A stretch of DNA of 32,000 nt from Candidatus Auribacterota bacterium (GTDB lineage: Bacteria > Auribacterota > UBA6266): contig JAGLRQ010000064.1 of NCBI GenBank assembly GCA_023136205.1, positions 9,526 to 41,525 on the forward strand. Reading direction: 5' to 3'. Position 1 is the first letter of the stretch, and each line of letters begins with the position of its first letter. Under the pieces are notes generated by a model that was not told the DNA's origin, did no database searches, and worked only from the letters and a program-made list of their open reading frames with translations. Positions 1-6,107 of the stretch are shown one piece after another. A program made the translations under genes and the position numbers.

Positions 1-441
1 ACTGAACTTGATTCTGCCCTTGGGGAAAAAGTCAGAAAAACAGGCGGGGAATACGGCGCGACAACCGGACGCCCCAGAAGATGCGGCTGGTTTGACGCTG
101 TTATAGGGAAATATGCCGTGATGATAAATGCCATAAGCTCTCTGGCAATTACAAAACTTGATGTTCTTGATTCAATGGATGAGATAAAGATATGCACCTC
201 TTATAAATATAACGGAAAAGTGCTGGAAGAATTTCCTCCGGTCCTGGAAGTTTTGAAAAAATGTGAACCTGTTTATGAGTCTTTTAAAGGCTGGAACAAA
301 GATACTACCCAGTGTAAAAAATATTCTGATTTGCCAGAAAGAGCGCAAAAGTATATAAAAAGAATTTCTGAACTGGTTGGAAGCAAGCCATGGATAATTT
401 CTGTGGGCCCAAAAAGGTCACAGACGTTTTTTGTGGGGTAA
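1..441 (+). CDS. purA: adenylosuccinate synthetase, C-terminal part (5' end outside the window)
   Basis: Frame 1 is open from base 1. The translation TELDSALGEKVRKTGGEYGATTGRPRRCGWFDAV... contains the PurA GxTTGRxRRCGWFD signature (nt 55-96), followed by ...ITKLDVLD... and ...ISVGPKR... Stop TAA at 439-441. Confidence 0.93.
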   Translation, partial: TELDSALGEKVRKTGGEYGATTGRPRRCGWFDAVIGKYAVMINAISSLAITKLDVLDSMDEIKICTSYKYNGKVLEEFPPVLEVLKKCEPVYESFKGWNKDTTQCKKYSDLPERAQKYIKRISELVGSKPWIISVGPKRSQTFFVG

Positions 442-449
442 TTTTTATA

Positions 450-479
450 TTGACACAAACATTACTATTGTGTGATATT
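450..479 (+). promoter_or_regulatory. candidate sigma70-type promoter for the first OMP gene
   Basis: TTGACA at 450-455. TG at 471-472 lies one base upstream of GATATT (474-479), giving an extended -10-like arrangement about 50 nt upstream of the GTG at 529. Pattern match only. Confidence 0.3.
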
Positions 480-528
480 TATACGGTTTTAACCTACTGT
501 CATTGTCATTTTAAAAGGAGGGCATGAA

Positions 529-1128
529 GTGAAAAATGTAATGTTAATTGCAGTTGCGTTGTTGCTTGTAACAAGTTTTGCATCTGCCGATGGATTGCTT
601 GATGGGGACGAGGTTCTTGAGTGTTCATATCTTAAAGGGTTTGCGTCCTGGGCAGAGCCAACAGATAATGATTTAAAAAGCGGACTTTATGTCGGCGGCG
701 CCGCGGGATTGGACCTGAATACTTATTTAGCTTTAGAATTTGAAGCAGGGTATTATAAAAACGATGTAAAAGACATCGAGGGAATCGATGGTGGAAATGT
801 TTCTACGGTTCCATTACTTTTTAATGCCATTATTGGTTATCCTGCTACGGACATGATTTATCCCTATGGTGTTGTGGGGCTCGGCGCTGGAATTAATAAT
901 TGGAATGATGCTGCCGGCGGCATAGATACCGATGCGGATAGTTCCTTAATCGCTAAATTCGGCATTGGCTGTGATTTTTATGTAAATGAAAACGTTGCCC
1001 TGTATGTTGAAGGAGCGTATATAATAAACAGAGCCGATCTAACTGCCAAGTCGGGTGGTTTATCGGCAACCGAAAAAGTAAAGCTTGATACCTGGCTTTT
1101 AGGCGGCGGTTTAAAATACCATTTCTAA
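529..1128 (+). CDS. small outer-membrane beta-barrel protein (OmpW/OmpA-beta-barrel-like), paralog of 3659-4240
   Basis: AGGAGG at 516-521 lies 7 nt before GTG 529 (in-frame ATG at 541 is an alternative start). Signal peptide MLIAVALLLVTSFASA. Alternating hydrophobic/Gly-rich beta-strand pattern and C-terminal ...GGGLKYHF with terminal Phe typical of OMPs. Clearly alignable to the 3659-4240 product. Confidence 0.8.
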   Translation: MKNVMLIAVALLLVTSFASADGLLDGDEVLECSYLKGFASWAEPTDNDLKSGLYVGGAAGLDLNTYLALEFEAGYYKNDVKDIEGIDGGNVSTVPLLFNAIIGYPATDMIYPYGVVGLGAGINNWNDAAGGIDTDADSSLIAKFGIGCDFYVNENVALYVEGAYIINRADLTAKSGGLSATEKVKLDTWLLGGGLKYHF

Positions 1129-1150
1129 ATTTTTTACTATATCTAAAAAG

Positions 1151-1179
1151 GGGGCAGAGAAATCTGCTCCTTTTTTTTT
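1151..1179 (+). terminator. rho-independent terminator after the first OMP gene
   Basis: GGGGCAGA (1151-1158), loop GAAA, TCTGCTCC (1163-1170) give an 8-bp stem with one G-U pair. A run of 9 T follows directly (1171-1179). Confidence 0.8.
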
Positions 1180-1326
1180 GTCTTATCAATTATTATTTTG
1201 ACAAGTGAGAGGATGTTTTTATAGGATATACCTCACATACTGATATATAGGCATAATTGTTTGGAAATTTTAGGGAATACATTATTTGTAGTAAATGTAG
1301 AGTAATTTACTGTAAAGGATACGAAA

Positions 1327-2289
1327 ATGAAACTAATAAGGATTGTGAGTGTGGTTTTAGCATTTGTTTTTTCAGGATGTGCAACTGTATCACAAAGAAC
1401 AAAACCTGTGGAATCGCCTGTTGGAAGAACTGAGCAATTAGAAGCACAGAAAGAGATTTCTATTCCCAAAACAAAAAATTATAAAAGGAAAATAGCTATC
1501 GCCAGATTTAGCAATGAAACGAATTACGGCAGAACATTAATGAGTGACGAGTTTCTGGATAACGTAGGCAAACAAGCGTCCGATATGCTTGCAGTCCAGT
1601 TAATTAAATCAGGTAAATTTTTGGTTCTTGAAAGGCCGGATTTAGAAAGGTTGCAAAAGGAACAAAAGATTTCGGAAACCAACGATCTTATCGGTGTTGA
1701 TGCTCTTATATTAGGTTCTGTGACTGAATTTGGAAGATCTGTAGGAGGAAAATCAGGATTTTTAAGCAGAACAAAATTGCAGACAGCAAGGGCGAAGGTC
1801 AGCATTAGACTTGTTGATCAACAGACAGGACATGCGTTTTTCTCGGCCGTCGGGGCCGGAGAGGCAAGTACTGAATCTGGTGAAGTTGCCGGCTATGGCA
1901 GCCAGGCTGCATATGATGCAACTTTAAATGATAGAGCAATATCGGTTGCTATATCAGATGTAATTGATAATATTATAACGACTTTGGAAAAACGCCCCTG
2001 GCGAACAGATATTTTAGATATACAGGACGATAATATCTTTGTTAGCGGGGGAAGATTACAAGGGTTGAAAGTTGGAGATATGTTAATCGTAATGAAGAGA
2101 ACCAAAGTTGTAAAAAGCAAACAAAGTGGGTTTAACATAGAACTGCCCCCCGAGAAGATCGCAACCGTAAAAGTTGTCAAGCTATTTGGAGACAACGAAG
2201 TAAACGAAGGGTCAGTCTGCAATCTTGTAAGTGGAGCCATAGATGAAACCATGTTAAAAGATATCTTTGTGGAAGGAATGGAAAGGTAA
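1327..2289 (+). CDS. CsgG-family lipoprotein with extra C-terminal beta-domain
   Basis: AAGGA at 1315-1319. Lipobox VFSGC. The core KIAIARFSNETNYG...MLAVQLIKSGKFLVLERPDLERLQKEQKIS...GVDALILGSVTEFG matches the CsgG family pattern (xAVxxFxN...LxxSGrFxVlER...l..Eq...GAdyli.GsvteFg). An additional ~90 aa C-terminal domain follows. Confidence 0.8.
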   Translation: MKLIRIVSVVLAFVFSGCATVSQRTKPVESPVGRTEQLEAQKEISIPKTKNYKRKIAIARFSNETNYGRTLMSDEFLDNVGKQASDMLAVQLIKSGKFLVLERPDLERLQKEQKISETNDLIGVDALILGSVTEFGRSVGGKSGFLSRTKLQTARAKVSIRLVDQQTGHAFFSAVGAGEASTESGEVAGYGSQAAYDATLNDRAISVAISDVIDNIITTLEKRPWRTDILDIQDDNIFVSGGRLQGLKVGDMLIVMKRTKVVKSKQSGFNIELPPEKIATVKVVKLFGDNEVNEGSVCNLVSGAIDETMLKDIFVEGMER

Positions 2290-2592
2290 ATGAAAACTAT
2301 ATCATCACTATTATTAATCATTTTGTTAGTTTCGGGATGTGCGGGGTCTTCTACTCAGGTAGTTACCGATGATACTCGTCCAACCCTGGCATTTAAAGGT
2401 GCTCCAAGATATTCTACCCTATATATCGATGGTTTAAGAATTGGGAATACAAATGATTATAATGGTAAGCCGGACGTGTTGATGGTTGAATCTGGGACTC
2501 ATTATGTTGTAATTGAATCGAGAGATGGAAGCAAGCTTTATTCTAAAGAAATATTTGTGGGAAGCGGGTTAAAAATTATACATCTTAAATGA
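2290..2592 (+). CDS. small lipoprotein, PEGA-like domain
   Basis: ATG immediately follows the TAA of the upstream gene. Lipobox LLVSGC. TLYIDGLRIGNT...GTHYVVIESRDG resembles the PEGA beta-sandwich pattern. The family call is tentative; the CDS call is firm. Confidence 0.7.
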   Translation: MKTISSLLLIILLVSGCAGSSTQVVTDDTRPTLAFKGAPRYSTLYIDGLRIGNTNDYNGKPDVLMVESGTHYVVIESRDGSKLYSKEIFVGSGLKIIHLK

Positions 2593-2603
2593 TAAGGAAT
2601 GCT

Positions 2604-2975
2604 ATGAAGAGAGGGTTTTTTTTATTTTTTATTTTGAGTTATTTTGTGTTTTCCGGCTGTGCTTCTCAAATGTATGCCTGGAAAAATTATGAATCTTCTT
2701 TATATAAATATTATAAAGATCCAACACAGAAAGAGAGATTTATAAAAAATCTGGAAAAAATAATTAAAAAATCGGAAAGGAAGGGGAAAGTTCCTCCTGG
2801 AATTTATGCCGAATATGGATATATGCTTTATGAATCACAAAGATATCCGGATGCTATTGTATATTTTCAAAAAGAAAAGAACTTGTGGCCGGAATCGCAA
2901 TGTTTTATGAACAAAATGATCGAAAACGCGGAAAGAATGATGGATAATACTTTTGCAGTTGTGGTAGAAGAATAA
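2604..2975 (+). CDS. DUF4810-like lipoprotein
   Basis: AAGGA at 2594-2598 lies 5 nt before ATG 2604; an alternative ATG at 2589 overlaps the upstream TGA as ATGA. Lipobox VFSGC. YAWKNYESSLYKYY...KVPPGIYAEYGYMLYESQRYPDAIVYFQKEKNLWPES matches my recollection of the DUF4810 consensus. Confidence 0.75.
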   Translation: MKRGFFLFFILSYFVFSGCASQMYAWKNYESSLYKYYKDPTQKERFIKNLEKIIKKSERKGKVPPGIYAEYGYMLYESQRYPDAIVYFQKEKNLWPESQCFMNKMIENAERMMDNTFAVVVEE

Positions 2976-2982
2976 GATAGGG

Positions 2983-3618
2983 ATGATAAAAATGGCAAAA
3001 AGATTTTTAATATTTGCATTATTGTTTTTTGTGAGCGGGTGTGCAACAACCGTGAAAAAAGATTATACAAAGTTTATGTCCGCAAACCCCAGGTCTATTT
3101 TAATAGTTCCGGTTGTCAATGAAACTGTAGATGTCGATGCGCCTGATTACTTTTTATCTACCATTTCTGTGCCTGTTTCAGAGCAAGGATATTATGTTTT
3201 TCCTGTGCATATGGTAAAGAGAGTGTTGGAGGATGATGGGTTGTCAGATGCGGATTTGGTTCACAGTGCGTCAACTGAAAAATTGTGTGAATTATTTGGA
3301 TCCGATGCTGTCCTGTATATCAAAATTAAGCGTTGGGATGCTCAATATGCGTTAATTGCAACAACGGTAACGGTAGGACTAGAATATATTATAAAAGATG
3401 GGAAAACAGGGGTTGTTTTATGGCAGGAGGACTCTGTAGTGAGATATACCTCTCAAGGTGCCGGCTCCGGGAATTTGCTGGCGGATGTTATTATAGTGGC
3501 AGTGAATGCTGCGATGACTAAAGCAGCACCTAATTATATTCCACTTGCAAAACAGGCAAACGAACAGGTTTTTGTATATCCTGGACCTGGAATTCCTCCA
3601 GGCCCTTATAAAAAATAA
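2983..3618 (+). CDS. DUF799 (GNA1162-like) lipoprotein
   Basis: Lipobox FVSGC. SILIVPVVNETVDVDAP...VPVSEQGYYVFPV...LFGSDAVLYIKIKRWD...GVVLWQ match the hallmark DUF799 segments (SILVlPpvNes..v.A, GYYVFPV, GADAvLY). The alternative start ATG 2992 is also possible. Confidence 0.8.
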   Translation: MIKMAKRFLIFALLFFVSGCATTVKKDYTKFMSANPRSILIVPVVNETVDVDAPDYFLSTISVPVSEQGYYVFPVHMVKRVLEDDGLSDADLVHSASTEKLCELFGSDAVLYIKIKRWDAQYALIATTVTVGLEYIIKDGKTGVVLWQEDSVVRYTSQGAGSGNLLADVIIVAVNAAMTKAAPNYIPLAKQANEQVFVYPGPGIPPGPYKK

Positions 3619-3658
3619 ATAGAAAATGCTTCGTTAAACTAAGATAGGAGTATGTAAC

Positions 3659-4240
3659 ATGAAAAAGTTGTTGTTAGTTTTTACTGCGCTGTTTCTTATG
3701 TCCGGTTTTGCGGCCGCCCAGGACGATTTTACCGAGCATTTATATGGAAAAGGGCAGGCAAGCTGGGCTGTTGCTTCTGAGAGCGATTTTGAAAATGGTT
3801 GGGCAACTCTATTCGGGGTCGGCTATGACTTCAACGACTACATAGCTCTTGAAATAGAATCAGGTTTTGTCACATTTGATGTTGAAAATGTTGTTCTGAA
3901 CAGAGGAACCGGCAAAATCGAAACAGTCCCCCTGCTTTTTAATATTGTCGCGGGATATCCATGGGAACAGTACAAGCCGTACGCGACGATTGGAATCGGC
4001 TACGCGTTTAACGACTTCAACAGCAATACTACGGGTTTAAAAGCTGATCCTAAAAATTCTATCCTCGGTAAATTTGGTGTAGGTATTGATTATTATTACG
4101 CTGATAATGTCGCAATATTTTTTGAAGGTTCCTACCTCTTGAATGCCGGCGATACTACCTTCAAATTGGATGGAAACAGTAAAGACTACAGCAACTTAAG
4201 CACTTGGCTTATCGGTGGCGGTATTAAATTAAGATTCTAA
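3659..4240 (+). CDS. small outer-membrane beta-barrel protein, paralog of 529-1128
   Basis: AGGAG at 3646-3650. Signal peptide LFLMSGFAAA. Shares the segments ...ASWA..., ...ALE(F/I)E(A/S)G..., ...(T/S)VPLLFN..(I/A)GYP..., ...KFG(I/V)G.D(F/Y)Y...(V/I)A....EG(A/S)Y..N..., ...TWL.GGG(L/I)K..F with the first OMP. Ends in Phe. Confidence 0.8.
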   Translation: MKKLLLVFTALFLMSGFAAAQDDFTEHLYGKGQASWAVASESDFENGWATLFGVGYDFNDYIALEIESGFVTFDVENVVLNRGTGKIETVPLLFNIVAGYPWEQYKPYATIGIGYAFNDFNSNTTGLKADPKNSILGKFGVGIDYYYADNVAIFFEGSYLLNAGDTTFKLDGNSKDYSNLSTWLIGGGIKLRF

Positions 4241-4241
4241 A

Positions 4242-4330
4242 AGAAAATAGGGAAAGTCCCAAGCGAGCAAGAAAAATAGGGAAAGTCCCAAGCGAGCGAA
4301 GCGAGTGCGTGGACTGTCCCCATTTTTCTC
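4242..4330. repeat. palindromic repeat family 1, copy 1 (half copy plus full copy)
   Basis: AGAAAATAGGGAAAGTCCCAAGCGAGC (4242-4268) is a duplicated left half. The full unit at 4269-4330 has a left arm GAAAAATAGGGAAAGTCC and right arm GGACTGTCCCCATTTTTC, imperfectly complementary, around a ~22-nt GCGAG-rich loop. Nt 4273-4321 are identical to 5563-5611. Confidence 0.9.
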
Positions 4331-4394
4331 ATGGGAGAGATCTTATCTTCTTTTAATCATTGAAGAATGCCCGTTAATTTGTTAAATTCTCCGC

Positions 4395-5543
4395 ATGTCA
4401 AAATTTAAAAGTTTATTTTTTACGTGCATTATTTGTTTTTTGTTTTTTTCTTCTTTTCTTTTTGCCGATATTCTTTGCGGCAAAACATATCAGCAAACCC
4501 TTCGTGAATATATAACCCGGGCTAAAGGCTCGATTGTGGTTGCGATGTACTTCATTATTCTGGAGCCGGGAGGGGGTGGCCCGATAAATGAACTGGTTGA
4601 TGATCTCGTAGATGCTAAAAAGCGGGGGGTTGATGTCAGGGTGATTTTGGAAGATTCAAAGTTTAAAGAAAATCGCCTTGCTTATCAAAAATTAAAAGAA
4701 AACGGTATTATTGTATATTTTGATACTCCGGAACATCTCTTACATGTAAAGGGTGTTGTTATTGATGACAGGTATGTATTTATAGGTAGTGCCAACTGGT
4801 CAAGGGCGGCGATAGAAGATAATTATGAAGTTACATGTTTTTCGGATTCTTTGGAGGATGGCCTTGCTTTTAAAGAGTATGTTGAGGGGATCCCTTTTCA
4901 GAATAAAGATATGTTTCTGCCTTCAGTTGAAGGTGTTGCTATTTCTTCGGATTTCCTTCTTTTGCCTGAAACAGGCCGCAGGCTTCTTAAAAGCCAGGCT
5001 GTAAAGCAGTTAGATCTTTATTTGCTGTTATTCAGGATACGGCGGGAGAGCGGGGAGGCTGCTTTTGATGTTGATTATGATGTTTTGGCTAAAGCGATGG
5101 GTTATACGGTTCGCGGGAAGTTAGGAAAATACCGTAATCAGCATCATTACTTCTATGAAAGGATACATCGCTTATTGGTGCGTCTCAGGCGCTACGGCCT
5201 TATTGATTATAAGAAAGGGGTAGTTTCTTTAAATACTAAGGATAGCCCATCTATAATAATTCCTTTTGAATACTGGGATTATACCGGGGAGCTTTCCATG
5301 CGGGCAAAGTATATGTATCTGATTTGTCTATACGAAGCCGGCCGTTCCAGCCGGTATCCTTGCTGGTTCCGCAGTCAGAAGGATATGGAAAAACTTTACG
5401 GTATAAGTGATACTACCATTTCTTTGGGATTGCTGGAACTTGAGGAGAAAGGTATAATCGAAGTTTTTAGGGACAAGCTAACTCCTCCTGATTTTTCTGA
5501 TAGGAAAGCTAATGTATATAAAATACTTGGTTTTCCCGGTTAA
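4395..5543 (+). CDS. PLD-superfamily (single HKD, Nuc-like) protein with N-terminal signal/anchor and C-terminal winged-helix-like region
   Basis: N-terminal hydrophobic segment LFFTCIICFLFFSSFLFA. HKD motif H117-V-K119-GVVIDD-RYVFIGSANWS (nt 4743-4802). The C-terminal ~190 aa carry HTH/wing-like segments (YERIHRLLVRLRRYGLIDYKKG; LYGISDTTISLGLLELEEKGIIEV). Confidence 0.75.
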   Translation: MSKFKSLFFTCIICFLFFSSFLFADILCGKTYQQTLREYITRAKGSIVVAMYFIILEPGGGGPINELVDDLVDAKKRGVDVRVILEDSKFKENRLAYQKLKENGIIVYFDTPEHLLHVKGVVIDDRYVFIGSANWSRAAIEDNYEVTCFSDSLEDGLAFKEYVEGIPFQNKDMFLPSVEGVAISSDFLLLPETGRRLLKSQAVKQLDLYLLLFRIRRESGEAAFDVDYDVLAKAMGYTVRGKLGKYRNQHHYFYERIHRLLVRLRRYGLIDYKKGVVSLNTKDSPSIIIPFEYWDYTGELSMRAKYMYLICLYEAGRSSRYPCWFRSQKDMEKLYGISDTTISLGLLELEEKGIIEVFRDKLTPPDFSDRKANVYKILGFPG

Positions 5544-5560
5544 GGTGCCTGAGGAAATAG

Positions 5561-5620
5561 AGAAAATAGGGAAAGTCCCAAGCGAGCGAAGCGAGTGCGT
5601 GGACTGTCCCCTTTTTCTTC
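5561..5620. repeat. palindromic repeat family 1, copy 2
   Basis: AGAAAATAGGGAAAGTCCCAAGCGAGCGAAGCGAGTGCGTGGACTGTCCCCTTTTTCTTC begins 18 nt after the PLD gene stop. The stem plus T-run makes it terminator-like. Confidence 0.9.
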
Positions 5621-5968
5621 CTAACTTTCTCGACGACAAACTCCTTCCCATCAGATAAATATCTGGTATAATTTTTTATTGATAAAGCGATTGTAGTATA
5701 TCCCGCTTGAACAACCGCATTTTAAATTATCCATTAAGAAAGAAGCGCCTTTTGCGCCAGAAAAATCTCCTCTAAAAGCCCAAGGGTACCCGCAATTATT
5801 CAAAAATGTCAAAATTTTAGAAGATGGAGAAGTGTCCAATTTATGTTAATATGCTTCTATAAAATGAGTTATGTATTATGAATAACAAGAAATCTGGATT
5901 CGCAGAACGATTTTTCGCTTGGTTATTTGAACCGGTGAATGATATTGTTGAAGATGCAACCGACTCAA

Positions 5969-6027
5969 AGAAAATGGGGAAAGTCCCAAGCGAGCGCAGT
6001 GAGCGGGTGGACTGTCCCTTTTTTCTT
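5969..6027. repeat. palindromic repeat family 1, copy 3 (diverged loop)
   Basis: AGAAAATGGGGAAAGTCCCAAGCGAGCGCAGTGAGCGGGTGGACTGTCCCTTTTTTCTT. The arms are conserved and there are 4 substitutions in the loop relative to copy 2. Confidence 0.85.
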
Positions 6028-6107
6028 AAAGAAGAGCAGTTGCTGAAAGAAGAAGATGAGGGAAGTGGATAGGAAATAGGTGTCTGTTATTAATTCCGAA
6101 TAATATT

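Noticed and set aside
3333-3521. Same-strand alternative-frame ORFs (3333-3521; also 25696-25893 and 30558-30755)
   Set aside because: They are embedded out of frame inside confidently called genes (the DUF799 gene, the giant protein gene and the 30239-31351 ORF). They have Cys/Arg-rich nonsense-like composition.
5651-5839. 62-aa minus-strand ORF
   Set aside because: It would be the only minus-strand gene in 32 kb. It starts on TTG, has no RBS and shows no recognisable motif. A TGgTATAAT extended -10-like sequence at 5664-5672 on the + strand suggests this region is the promoter/leader of the R-M operon instead (unverified).
4242-6027. Integron attC sites / gene cassettes
   Set aside because: The imperfect palindromes downstream of ORFs resemble attC in layout. 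However, I find no RYYYAAC/GTTRRRY core sites at the ends, and there is no intI integrase or attI in the window.
5878-6072. 64-aa + strand ORF upstream of hsdR
   Set aside because: About a third of it is read straight through copy 3 of palindromic repeat family 1 (5969-6027). It has no RBS, odd composition and no family resemblance. It is most likely a chance ORF in the hsdR leader.
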